From NCBI GenBank assembly GCA_964106645.2, contig OZ067043.1: 64,000 nt of DNA; one strand, 5' to 3'. The notes below the pieces were generated by a model. It was not told where the DNA came from and did no database searches. It worked only from the letters and a program-made list of their open reading frames with translations. A program made the translations under genes and the position numbers. The DNA comes from Podarcis pityusensis. Taxonomy: Eukaryota. Below are positions 35,801 to 46,632 of the stretch, piece by piece (within the stretch, counting starts at the first letter, position 1; every line of letters begins with the position of its first letter).

Positions 35801-38800
35801 CAAAATACAACCCCCCTCTAGCCTCTCCTGGGTAGGGGAGGCAGTGGACTCCCTGGATTCAGCGAGTACAGTAATGCTTGGCTTCAGTGGCTTGCTCAGG
35901 TTGTGTACTAACGGGGTTGCACAACTGATGCCTTCCCTTGAAGAGGAGCTTCTTCTAGACCATCCCAACCTTGGGTCTCCAGCTGATTTGGGACTACAAC
36001 GCCTATCATCCCTAGCTAGCAAGACCAGTGGTCAGGGACGATGGGAACTGTAGTCCAAAAACAGCTGGAGACCCAAGGTTGCAAAATACTGATCTAGACT
36101 GTCCTCACATCCCTGGCTTGGCACAGCAGTGAAGGCTTGGCTGGCAGTGAGTCTGATGCAGGCAAAACTTCCCAGTTGTGCTACATCTGGGGCAATAAAG
36201 GACTTCGACTTTTTAATGCTTTCTGCTTTAGCCAGTATGGACTGCTTTAGCCAGTATGCTCCTACAGAGGAGCATTGGAGCAGTCTGCAGCTGGCAAGGG
36301 ACAGAGTTCCCTTGCTTAACTTTTTTCCTTTCGCCTCCTCCAGACCTGAGTCCAATGCCGACAGAGGAGATTGTCCAGATGTTCAACGAGTTGCGCAGTG
36401 ATCTGGTGCTGCTATATGAGCTCAAGCAAGCATTCGCAAACTGTGAATATGAGCTGCAGATGTTGCGGCATCGCTATGAGGCATTGGCCAAAGCGGGTAG
36501 CACAGGGCCCAGCACAGATGGTGGCTCACATGCTGATGGACAGTCAGGCTTGTGCACTGAAGAGAGCAAGGGTGACGCAAAGGAGCAGATCATTGATGTG
36601 GTGGGGGCTCCCCTCACACCCAATTCGGTGAGTAGATATTGATGTTGGCATGCCCTTGCACCCCTTTAGGCCTGCTTGAAACACTATCACTGCAAAGGTC
36701 ACTCGGGAATCATAGAATTGTAGAGTTGGAAGGGACCCCAAGGGCCATCTAGTCCAACCCCCTGCAATGAAGGACTCTGAACTAAAGCATGCATAGCAGA
36801 TGGCCATCCAATCTCTGCTTTAAAACCTCAGAGAGTCCATCACATCTTGTGGGGTTCTGTTCCACGGTCAAACAGCTCTTACTGTCAGAAAGTTCTTCCT
36901 GATGCTTAGTCAGAATATCCTTTCTTGTAACTTGAAGCCATTGGTTTAAGTGCTACCCTTCAGAGCAGGAGAAAACAAGCTTGCTCCATCTCCTCTCAGT
37001 AAAGGAGATCCTCTGTCTTTCCGCTCCATGGTTCTATGCCCAAGAAAGTTTTTTTCCAGTGGAGTAAATGGGATTACTCCAATGACTTTTGCTTAACATG
37101 GATATGATCAGGTCATTAGTCAGCTGGCCACCAAACCCTTCTTGCTTCCTTGCATAATGGCTGTCCCAGTATGTTGGCACAGCAGTGTGTCAGGATTTTT
37201 TTTTTAATGACTTCTTTTTTTGATATTCAAGTAACTTTCTCTGTAAGCTCTAAAGGTGACATGGAGTTTTGAGTAATCGCTCATTCTTAGAGGCTTCTGC
37301 TACTGAATGGGCTTCACCATACTATTGAGCCCCACATCTGTGTGTCATAAATTCTCACCTGCTTTGGGGGGCGGGGTCAGCAAGCCTCAGCAGCAGGCCA
37401 GTTCAGAATCTGTTTCTTCCTCTAGAGAGTTTTCACTGACTTGCGTCTGTTTGCAAAACATTGCACTTATGTTTCCCTAGTGCTGCTCTTTTCCAACTCC
37501 ATGCTTGGAATAGGAACAAAAAGAATGAAGGCAGCACCAGGAGGGTTAATGTGACCTGGGCTCTGACATATTTGAAAGAAATATAATCAAGTTAATTCAC
37601 TGCAAGGCAAATTTGGTACCTAAAGGGCCCCCCTGTTAAATACAGCTCTGACCTTTACCGGCTGGTTACACAAAGACGACACAATTAGATTAGTCCAAGA
37701 CAAAAGGTCAAGCGCATTCACACTGTGACCACTTTATGCTGTCTTTGGAGGGGAAAGAAATTCCACCCAGCAGGAGGGGGGCATCTCAGGGAGGTTCACT
37801 GTTGCTGCCAAGATGGAGGGGAGGGGCATAAGTATGTGGGGGAGTGGTGTCATTGGGGTGTGTGTGGAATGACTTCTGCCAATCAGAGAAGCTGCCCCAC
37901 TTTTGGTGGAGTGTGTGTGTGTCTCCCTGCCCTTCAGGGAGCTGATCCTGCTGCTGTAGGAGTTATTTGGGCATAGAACAATTCTGCTCCATGACTAAAG
38001 CATCCAGAGTATTTTTCCTACTGCCTGTCTCTATGTATATGACACCACCTGAGTGAACAAGTGGACATTGGCTTAAACAAGTGGTCAGTGAGCGATAATT
38101 TTCTGCAATTCTCAGACGTGGGAGCCATTGTTGTTGTTGTGGCTAGATTATTGGGGTTGAACATGGGAAGCCTGGGTTCAAATCACTATTTGGCTATGAA
38201 GCTCCGTGAGTGACTTGGGCAAGGCAGCATCTCTCAGGCTGGTCTACCACATAGAATTGTTGCTAGGCTAAATTGTCATTCTGAGCTCCTGTGTGGAAAA
38301 GTGTAACAAATAAAACACTCTCTAAATGCTCGCAGCTCCAGTAGTGTGGCCTTTCCCCAATCCATGATATGCAGAAAAGACAAGAGCACAGAACAAGGCC
38401 GGCAATCACACGCAGAATGAAGTCTATTAGGACTTTACCCTGGCAGCCAGGGTGATTCTGTAGACTAGGGAACACATAAAATATCATGCCTGTCTCCAAC
38501 AGCTCTTGTTAAGTTGCCTGGCATGGAGCTACTATGTATGTGGAGAAACACATCTTGGCTTCACGTTTCACCATGTTCTCTGCATATTAAAAAGTGCCTT
38601 GCTTGGTATTTTCCAAAAGTTCTAGCTTTCAGTTTTCTGCTCCCTCTCCTGACAGCACCTCCTTCCCAGTAATGAATTTGGGATCCTCCCCACTGTATCC
38701 TGCATTAGCAACAAACCCACCCACCACATGCTCTCTCATCCCAAATAATATATACAGGCATTTGAACCACCTGTGAATGGCAACCAAATTGCTGGTCATT

Positions 38801-40984
38801 GGTGTGGACCTGAAAGACTACACAGGAACCTTAGGGGAGCAATTGTTCCTTCCCCAAAGCTTCTTCAATATTTCCCTTGGGGTGCTAGCTCTGTTACAAT
38901 GGAAAGTGGACTCTTTTTTGTAATACTGTAGGAGAGATGGTCTAGCATTCAAGCATCTGCACGTGACACCACTAGGCTTTTAGTGCTACATTTCCCTCTC
39001 ATCGCAGGCTGGAAAAAAATAGAATATCCACCTTCATAGGCTCAGCTTTTGGCCACCGGACTGCCAGCCCAGTGAACCCCAGCCTTGGTTAGTCTGCTGT
39101 GGGCATGTCATGATGCCCACTGCTGGCAGCCCACAGTGAAGGGAGCCTTCTCCCCACCCCCACCCTAGAGCATTGCTCTGCTGACCCAGGAGGGACGCTA
39201 CTCTGGGCCTTTGCAGGGTGAAAGGTGAGTATAACTTGGGAACAAATTAGTTCCAAGCAGAAGTGCAGCCAGTTACTCCAGATTAGAGCCTTTGATTTGT
39301 GCGACTCAGACTCCACTCGCCCATCCATAATGAGTTGACTCTCCTCAGAATTCCTCACATCAGCGCACTTTGTTCCTGGGCTCACAAGTCAGCCCATTAA
39401 TGGGGAAAGGAAAGGACCTTGCCTCTAAGAAGTCTCAGGTTCAGAGTCAGAATCATTTGACTTTTAAGCTGCCTTTATCTGAACTCCTGCCGGCTCCTTG
39501 TTTTCTGAGCCTGCTTGAAAGTGAGAAGTTACATTGTTAACATCAAACATCCTTCCTTCCAGATGGAGTTAGAAAGCTCGCTTGCGCGTCTATATAAATG
39601 TGTATCTGTATCATGATACGTGTGTGTTTTATAATATATATTTTCTCATTTTAAAATCATTCCTTTCCATTAACAGGGAGCCAGGTTCCCAGGCTCTTGT
39701 AAATTACAATGTAGAACATTTTTCCTAACCAGACACTTTCCGTTTTTGCCCACGGCGACGGGCAGAGCCAAGCTAGGGAAGGTGATTAATATGAATTTGT
39801 GACATATTTGAAAGATGGCTCTTTTGCCATATAAAGATTATCAAACACATGCGCTCATCCCCATTAATTCGGCAGCCTCCCTGGGAAGCTCTCGGGCCCC
39901 CACTCCTTTGTTTCCAGGTTGGGCTGGCTGCTTTAAATGTACCTTTGCTCCTAATTTCCCCAAATTCTAGGTATTGTTTTTCACAGGGTGCCAGTTAACG
40001 AAGTGGTGCTCTTTCCCCACTAATCAAAGCCACTGAAGGCAGTTAGGCATGCATTTTCTGCCATGGAGATAGTTGCATCCCCAAGAAGTGTGGGGGCTTC
40101 ATTATTAATACAGGCTCTCAATCATTTATGCCTGAAACATTTAAAACAAGGAAAGGTGGGGGACGGCAGCCTGTGGTTCCCAAGAGGGCTCATTTTAATT
40201 TCTTTCCTCCATTCACCGTAGACCTGGAAAAGGAGAGGGTGCTGGGTTTTTTTGTTTGTTTGTTTAAATGCCTCTCACTTCCTGCATTGGCCTTAAGCTG
40301 CCAATGTTGCTTGATAATTTCTGTGAATCATTTCCCTTTTCTCTGCATTCGCACTCTCTCTCCCAGTTGGTCTGTTGAGGAAACTTCAGGCACTTTTAGT
40401 ACAATTTGCAAACATCCCAACTTTGCTAAGTTTTCACTGTGTGCCCTTGGGAGGGGCCTGTGACTGATTTAGGGGTCATGCATCAGCCAGTGGAATCTGC
40501 AAATCCCGTTAAATGCTAATTCACAAGCTTCAGGCAGGCTTGTGGTTACCTCTACTCCTTTCCTTTGTGTCAGACCCAGAAATACTGGCTCCGGAAAGGT
40601 CTGCCCCATACCAGGGGGTTTGTATTGGAACTTTCATCCTCTTTTCATCCCTTCCTTAGTTTTGTCACTAGAGTCATTTATAAGACAATTTATGGTGAAA
40701 AAACAAGCTTAATGTTGTGCCTCAAGGTTCCTCCAGGGCTTTTAAGTACCAGGCCTGGTCCAGAGTCTTCTCAGGTGTTGTGTGGTGGTTTTCTTCCTGA
40801 ATTCCTTGTCTGGACACACCCAATACCTTGGGTTCTAGAAAAGGGTTTGTGTTGCATCTAGCACTGAGCCGAATGGTCTGACCTCTTATTAACACCTGTC
40901 TTTCATTTCTGCTTCTTGGAACAGAGAAAGCGCAGGGAATCTGCTTCCAGTTCATCGTCTGTCAAAAAAGTGAAGAAGCCATGA
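8699..40984 (+). CDS. DMAP1: DNA methyltransferase 1-associated protein 1 (NuA4/TIP60 and SRCAP subunit, SANT domain); join(8699..8800,9831..9922,11316..11511,12700..12858,14814..14981,16166..16351,20406..20477,35246..35318,36344..36627,40925..40984), 463 aa
   Basis: Ten GT-AG-bounded exons join into a 1392-nt open frame from MTTGADVRDILELGG to RKRRESASSSSSVKKVKKP*, matching vertebrate DMAP1 along its length; intron phases are consistent. Confidence 0.98.
9831..9922 (+). CDS. DMAP1: DMAP1 exon 3: KKSKKSSETLTFKRPEGMHREVYALLYSDK
   Basis: ttttcag| ... |GTAAGT, 92 nt. Confidence 0.97.
11316..11511 (+). CDS. DMAP1: DMAP1 exon 4: DAPPLLPSDT...WKWMPFTNPARKDG...DYPFARFNK
   Basis: tttcag| ... |GTATGG, 196 nt. 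Confidence 0.97.
12700..12858 (+). CDS. DMAP1: DMAP1 exon 5 (SANT domain): TVQIPIYSEQEY...WTKAETDHLFDLSRRFDLRF...QQFK
   Basis: ctgcag| ... |GTAAGT, 159 nt; lies within track ORF 12628..12975. Confidence 0.97.
13100..14200 (+). mobile_element. Decayed L2/CR1-group LINE fragment (endonuclease and RT remnants)
   Basis: Frameshifted motifs FQSGFRPGYGSE, LLVLLDFSVAF, GVSQGCVLSPMLFNIYM and HQYAVDT (YADD-like). Confidence 0.85.
14814..14981 (+). CDS. DMAP1: DMAP1 exon 6: KRSVEDLKERYY...LYNRTPEQ
   Basis: ccttag| ... |GTAATG, 168 nt. Confidence 0.97.
16166..16351 (+). CDS. DMAP1: DMAP1 exon 7: VAEEEYLIQELRKIE...KKETEKP
   Basis: tgtag| ... |GTAAAT, 186 nt. Confidence 0.96.
20406..20477 (+). CDS. DMAP1: DMAP1 exon 8: AVPETAGIKFPDFKSAGVTLRSQR
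   Basis: Long pyrimidine tract then tttag| ... |GTAGGC, 72 nt. Confidence 0.97.
21120..21820 (+). mobile_element. Decayed L2-type LINE fragment
   Basis: LVLGDFNIH (APE endonuclease) and KKPSLD...NYRPV...KVLEQVV (pre-RT) motifs. Confidence 0.8.
22381..22877. mobile_element. Young hAT-Charlie-type non-autonomous element
   Basis: Perfect 8-bp TSD TCCTAGAC; TIRs CAGGGGTCGGCAACC/GGTTGCAGACCCCTG; CpG-rich. Confidence 0.9.
27864..30067 (-). mobile_element. Internally deleted L1-clade element (5'UTR, ORF1/ORF2 chimera, 3'UTR, A-tail)
   Basis: 19-bp TSD AAAGAAGACAGATTTTTCT (27845-27863, 30068-30086); 5' end GGACTTCCGG...ATGGCGG; AATAAA and A-rich tail at the 3' end; ORF carries an L1 ORF1-like coiled coil and an ORF2 C-terminal HLWWTCP motif. 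Confidence 0.88.
28295..29146 (-). pseudogene. Chimeric L1 ORF1(N-terminal)/ORF2(C-terminal) reading frame, 283 aa from ATG 29146
   Basis: Coiled coil ending ...KEKQTNLRIR is joined in frame to HLWWTCPRIKTLW...AARILIVKNWK...EEW; no endonuclease or RT domain. Confidence 0.7.
33559..33694. mobile_element. Palindromic hAT MITE
   Basis: 8-bp TSD CTCTAAGG; TIRs CAGGGTTTCTCAAACTTGGG/CCCAAGTTTAGGAAACCCTG. Confidence 0.9.
35246..35318 (+). CDS. DMAP1: DMAP1 exon 9: MKLPSSVGQKKIKALEQMLMELGV
   Basis: ttccag| ... |GTGAGT, 73 nt. Confidence 0.97.
35961..36091. mobile_element. Palindromic hAT MITE, same family as 33559-33694
   Basis: Shared core CATCCCTAGCTAGCA.GACCAGTGGTCAGGG; TSD (T/A)TCTAGAC. Confidence 0.85.
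36344..36627 (+). CDS. DMAP1: DMAP1 exon 10: LSPMPTEEIVQMFNELRSDLVLLYELKQ...IIDVVGAPLTPNS
   Basis: ctccag| ... |GTGAGT, 284 nt. Confidence 0.97.
36707..36995 (-). mobile_element. CR1 LINE 3' fragment
   Basis: GAATCATAGAAT is the reverse of the CR1 (ATTCTATG)n terminus and is followed by typical CR1 3'UTR sequence (GTTGGAAGGGACC...ATCTAGTCCAACCCC). Confidence 0.8.
40925..40984 (+). CDS. DMAP1: DMAP1 last coding exon: RKRRESASSSSSVKKVKKP*
   Basis: aacag| acceptor, TGA at 40982-40984. Confidence 0.96.
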   Translation, partial: RKRRESASSSSSVKKVKKP

Positions 40985-41572
40985 ATAGCCTGAAGTTCCA
41001 GATCCTGGATGTCGGAGGATCAGGACACTGACTGCAGGGGCAAGATGGCTGCATTTGCCAGTATGCCTACTTTATGCTATGGGATTCTTGCAGTGACATT
41101 GCCCTCTCGTTCCAGAAAAGGGTGTTGCCGCCCCAGGTAAATGGGTTGGACTTCCTTGCATTAACAGCCTCATACTGGTTGTTGCTGTGGTGATTGTGTT
41201 GTCTTTCCTATGTCTGATTTTTGTAAACTTCCTTGTAAATACAGAATCCATTAGCTCTTGTTCCGTAATCTGAATCTAATCCAGCATTTGTGGGTGGGCA
41301 GAAGCACCTTTATGGAGGTAGGAGCTGCTTTCGTCTAGGTAGATCTTGAGCTGGAGTAGGCAGGTGCTGGATCATCAGCTAGATCTTATGGATTAGAATA
41401 GTTTTTATGATGCATGTGAGGCAGGAGGGGACGAACGCCCGCCTAAGACTCCCTAGTATAATGTTACACATGATTAACTATCTCACAGCTGCAAGGAACA
41501 CTCGGTTGTAGTAGCAGAGACTGCAATGCACAGCTACATGGATAAATTATTTTATTGAAAACTTATCTTTGC

Positions 41573-41578
41573 AATAAA
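41573..41578 (+). terminator. DMAP1: DMAP1 polyadenylation signal AATAAA
   Basis: AATAAA about 590 nt after the stop, preceded by an AT-rich stretch. Confidence 0.7.
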
Positions 41579-44500
41579 AGAGACATATCTCAGGCTGCTT
41601 TGAACACTGAAGGTCTTCCACCTTTTGCAGTGCCACCATTGAAGCATGGTCTTTTTTATGGTCCTAGTTGGGCACTAATTCTCACACCACCATCCCATTC
41701 CCACTGGAAGACATGCTTGCTTGTTTCTGTCTTATTCTTACACAGTGTTCTTCTGGATGTCCACAAAGTTCCTATTTCCCTCAGTGTTTCATCTAATTAT
41801 AGAACAGTTGCTTGCCTCATGTGCCCTGCATATGAATTAAACAATAGAGTTGAGGAAAAGAACCCCATACTGTATCTTAGGTGATGCATTCATTCGTTGC
41901 AGGAGGTATTTCCTGCTCTGATGAGAGGGGGTCATGCCTCTGCCAAGATGTTGTCTGCTCTCCATGTATTTTTCTAAGTCCTTATACTAAAAATAATTTA
42001 GATTTTCCGTTTGATTTAAGCAGTGGCACCTTTTTAGTTAAACAAATTTTCAATATCAATTTAGCGAGCCAATTTAATGCTGCATCCCTAGTTTTCTCAT
42101 CTCTCAGGTAGCTGAGGTACCCTCCCATATCTATTTAAAAGTAGCCAGAATTATTCTGTGTTATTTTGTGGACATACATACCCATCCCGAGTGTCGTGGT
42201 GAGTTCTTTGTGCTAACATAAAAAAGTAGTTCTACAGACTCTTTTAACAGGACAATCCTGTGTGTATTTGCTTGGAAGGAAGTTCCATTTTGTTCAGTGT
42301 GTTCCTGTTGTAGCCTGCTGCATGCAGACCAGTATCTCTTATACCCTCCAGAGGCGACTTGGTGTGTGATAATTGTGTTGATTAGTGACCAATGGAGCAA
42401 CCAGCTGTATGCATGCTGGTTTTCCAAGAACCAAGAAGCATCCATTTCTCATTGCTAGACTCAGCTTCAGCTGTGAAGGTTTGGTTTGATAGTGTAGGGT
42501 TGAATATTCCAAGTCAGTATAATTAAGCCTGTGTATACAATTGCAGGAAAGGCTATGTTTTGCTATTAAATATAGAATTCAGCACCAAGAAGGAAGTTTC
42601 TAGCCCATAAGCTTTTACAAAGGTCACCTTGAAGGTGCGTGAGTATTTCTGGTGAGATCTCTGAAGCCATAGGAGGGCTAAGTAGGACTTCTAGTGATCA
42701 GACTGTGGTGTTTTGCATAGCTCTTTACCCTTCCCTAGAGTAGCAAAATAAATTATGCAAAATGAGCAAATATGTGCACATTTGCATAATGCATACAGGC
42801 CATGGAATTCCAGTTTTAATTTTAATTTTGATGGGGTTTTTAGTGCAGAACACAAAGCCCTAGGTATAACCCTTGCCCTCAGCAGGAAGAAATTGACTGG
42901 CTACGTCTAAGACTTCAGTCGCATGTTCTCCAGTGTGTGGCAGGCAGTGAAGCCAGTGATACCTTCAAGAAGAGCTAACTGTAAGTAACTTTGGTTTCAC
43001 CAGTGTAAAAATATTGAGTGCTAGCCTATGAGGTAGCCCTCCATTCTGGTCTGGAGTTTCTCCTACTTGCTGACTGTTTTAATGACTGAATTGTACTCTT
43101 CCCCCCCCCCCAGCCCTTTCAGATATTCATCTTCCATCAGAAACATGTTGGAAGAGGGGCTATGATACTTTTGGCCTGCTGCTGTCAGACCTAACTCATG
43201 CTCTACCTTCCCCTTCCCATTTCAAGTGCAACTGGGAATCGATAGTGCATGACAACGCCCTTTGATTTACATTCTTGCTGGCAGAAAGAAAGGTCAAAGG
43301 CCAAGTTCTTCGTTTTCATAGAAAACTAATTAGACGACTCCATCGACACTGAATCAATAAAACTGATCAGGTGATTACACAGAGGGAGCCATTAAAATCC
43401 CTATGACCTTTGATCTCAAGTCCCTAACCTGAGGTGGGAAAGGCTCAGTTATATTCTCTAGTGCTTGGAGGACAAACCTCCCAAAGTGAGATGGACTGGC
43501 CTACAAGGCTTCAGTGGGTGGTGGAGGACACAGCCTTTGCTGACTCTGCTGGTTGTATGTTAGTATGTTCTCATTTCAACCCCTACTGCATGAATGGTCA
43601 TGTGGATAGAAAGGCATGGCAGACATAGACAAAGGGTTGATAAGGCAATTACCTTCTGCAGTGGTTCCATAAAGAGAGAGGTGGCCCTAACTGGAACAGA
43701 CCCCCAAACTTCACTGCTACAATGGGAGGGGAAAGAGCAGAGACCTACACTGAAAGGGGATAGTGATTTATTTGGGGCTTTGTCTTAACCTACGGAGTCA
43801 ATTAGTATGTTCTCCAAGCAGCTTGCTTTGTTTTCAATCTCCCATTTGTCATTGTTGTCTAAATCATAAAAGATTGTTCACATTGGTGCATAAGCCATCT
43901 TAGGTCATGTAGCACTAAACAAACATTTGGTAATTATTCATTGGCCTTCTGTGTTCATGTTTATTTGACTTCTATAAAATGAGTCATGATTTTTTTAACA
44001 TGTAGCTCCAGGCTTTGCTCTGTTTTACATGGTATATTGTCGTAGCTAACGGAGAGAAAAGGATGGGAAACCATATAAACTTCAACAGGGGCCAGTATCT
44101 AGACCTGAGTATTGCCCTCTGTGAACACCACTTCTACCTGCAGATTGGGGAGGGTGCATGAGCCAAAGTGTTCTCCTGTGGCCGAAGCAGCCTATGCACT
44201 TTGTGTGCTAAGCATCCTTGATGGTGCAATGAGCTGAGGTGATGAGATGTAAATATTTGGCTTCTTCAGGATCCTCCTTTCATTGAGGGGCCCTTCAGTA
44301 ATGTTAAACAGATGGTATGAAAACATTTTAATGGTGCCCACTGATTGGCAGTGGGTGCAAATACCACTTTCAGCAAAACTCAGCTTTACTTGGGAGCTCC
44401 AAATCTAAAAGGTGTCAGATACAAGCTCCACTTGCTAAGGAAGAAGCAGGCTCAAACTTTAAGGTTCCTGCTTCTTCCTTTGCAGCTGCATCTTTGCCTG

Positions 44501-45708
44501 ACATCACATTATGTCAGGTGTGAGGCAGGTGAGTGTGACTTGGACAAAATGGCCCCTGAGGCCTCATTAGGGCTGTGGGCTGGAGGTTTCCCACCCCTGG
44601 TGTAGAGCACAGGGCAGGAGGCTTATTGTAAAGGAAAGTATGACCTATTCTCAAGATACTTTCCTGGGGAAGAACTAATAAGGAAGCAGCTTTTGTTTTG
44701 GCTACAGATGGGAATATGTGGGTGATTTTCTCTCATGAAGGTACTTGTGTCACAAAACAATCCCAGAACGCAAATCCATTTAAGGATGGGAGAAACATCT
44801 GTGCAGTTAGTGCCAGGTTGCATGGGCAGTTGAAGAGGTATTGGGAAAAGGAGTTTACTTAGCAGCATATTTCAGATAAACCCTCCCCCCGGCCCCACTC
44901 CCTTACAGCATACAAGGAGCCAGGTTCCTTTCCCCCAAACTTTATTCATGTGGCACATTTACAGCAAGGATGGGAATAACGAGCCAATGAGGAGGTCAGG
45001 TTGGGTTCAGCTGGAACATCCACACACCATGCATTATTTACCGGTAAGGCCCAGTGCCTGTATCAGCTCACAGCCTGACTCTTGGTGTGGCTCCCAGGTA
45101 GGTGGCAGCTGGAGCCTATCCATCTGGGGATCCATTCAGCAAAAGCTAGGGCAGAAGGTTTCAGGAAAATACTGAGCTGGGAGAGGGCGAGTCATTCTTT
45201 ATTTCCGTCTTCCCACACTGGACCAAGGTGATGGGAATAGGATAGGAAGAATAGGCCACACCTCTCAAAGCAACAAGTCAGTTGCAGCCGTTGTAGGAGG
45301 AGGAGGAAGTCAGGTGAGCAAAGGGGCAGTAACAGAGATGTCAGTCAATTTGCAGATCCCTGCTGGGTAATGGGAACACAACCCCCTGCTGGGCTAGCAG
45401 TAATGGGCACGTCCACTGCCTGCAATGGACTGCATGCTCCATAGGGGGGCCATGCGCAAGTGCAGGGTGGATGCACAGTAGGGTTCCCCATGTTCTGGGG
45501 AGGCATGAGCAAGGGATCACAGGGTTCAAGAAATGCAGGACATGGCAATGAGCATCAGCCAGGATGCTCCTGCCTACAATAACCCCTGCTGAATGAAGCC
45601 CCAGGGAGATAGGTGGCTCTTGGTGGGCAGGGAATACAGGCACTTTACCTTGAACAGAAAGAGCCGAGCTTCCTCAGATCACATACAGAAGGAATCAGAG
45701 GGTTAGTG

Positions 45709-45714
45709 TTTATT
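45709..45714 (-). terminator. ERI3: ERI3 candidate proximal polyA signal (alternatives at 45198-45203 and 44941-44946)
   Basis: TTTATT on + strand = AATAAA on - strand, about 550 nt past the stop. Confidence 0.55.
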
Positions 45715-46265
45715 CAAAACAGAAGGGAAGGAGGGAAGAAGCCTGCAGAAGAAGGGGGGGGGCTGTCTGGATGCTGCTCAGTCAATATTTAGCTGACACG
45801 CAGGAGACACAGTAACAGATTCACACAGGAAAAGGGGAGGGGGGCTTGACCGCGGTTGTTGCGATATTGGACTCAAAGTAATAAGGGCGAGTGCCCCATA
45901 CATGGCGCCACGGTCTTGCTACAGGCGCAAATATGAGCAGAGAGAGAGAGAAAGATGCCAATGGAAATCGGAAGCCAACAAAAGGGAAAACAATCTACGT
46001 CTCTAACCATGTGGAGCAAGCGCCCTAGGGGGCTGCAGGCTGGGCCAGGCCGGGCAGGCAGCCGGCCCCAGAGAGGGAGTCACGTCAGGCCTACACAGAG
46101 ATTCCAGTTCCATATATACAGCCTCTACTGGCAGAACAGCAAAACTGACGGAGTCGTGGGGTTGCTCGTTCCTCTGTCCTCTTTCTGTCGTTCGAATGCT
46201 CCAGCCCATCACGCCCAGGTAGCAGGAGCCGGCCGCATGCAGCCCTGTCTGGCCGGCCCCAGAGA

Positions 46266-46348
46266 TCAAAAGGGCTTGGAGGTCTGCTTGAAGATGAACC
46301 CTCTGTGAGCCAGTGTCTTCATGATGTTGGCAATGTTCTTGCAGTCAT
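46266..46348 (-). CDS. ERI3: ERI1 exoribonuclease family member 3, final coding exon: (D)DCKNIANIMKTLAHRGFIFKQTSKPF*
   Basis: The reverse complement reads pyrimidine tract-ggcag|AT GAC TGC AAG...CCC TTT TGA. It matches the ERI3 C-terminus, and DMAP1 and ERI3 are known tail-to-tail neighbours in vertebrates. No further ERI3 exon was recognised in the window. Confidence 0.95.
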
Positions 46349-46560
46349 CTGCCAGTCAAAGGAAGAAAGGGCGTGAGAACGGTCATGTTATTCTTCTTCT
46401 TCTTCTTCTTATTATTTATTTCATTTCTATACCACTTTATATTTTAAAGAAAAATCTCAGCGGTTTACAGCATATTAAAACATAAATAAAACAATGTTGA
46501 ATTGGACAGGTACGAAAATGCTTGGAAAAAAGGATCACACACATACCCCATACTTATAGG

Positions 46561-46632
46561 CAGTGCTTTGCTTCTAGAAAAAAAGCTGCCAGTATTGGGT
46601 ATCCTTGAGTACCCCCAGGAAAAAAAGCACTG
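46561..46632. mobile_element. 72-bp mini hAT MITE
   Basis: CAGTGCTTT...AAAGCACTG TIRs; TSD CTTATAGG/CTCATAGG; same termini as 1371-1513 and 2900-3072. Confidence 0.8.
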
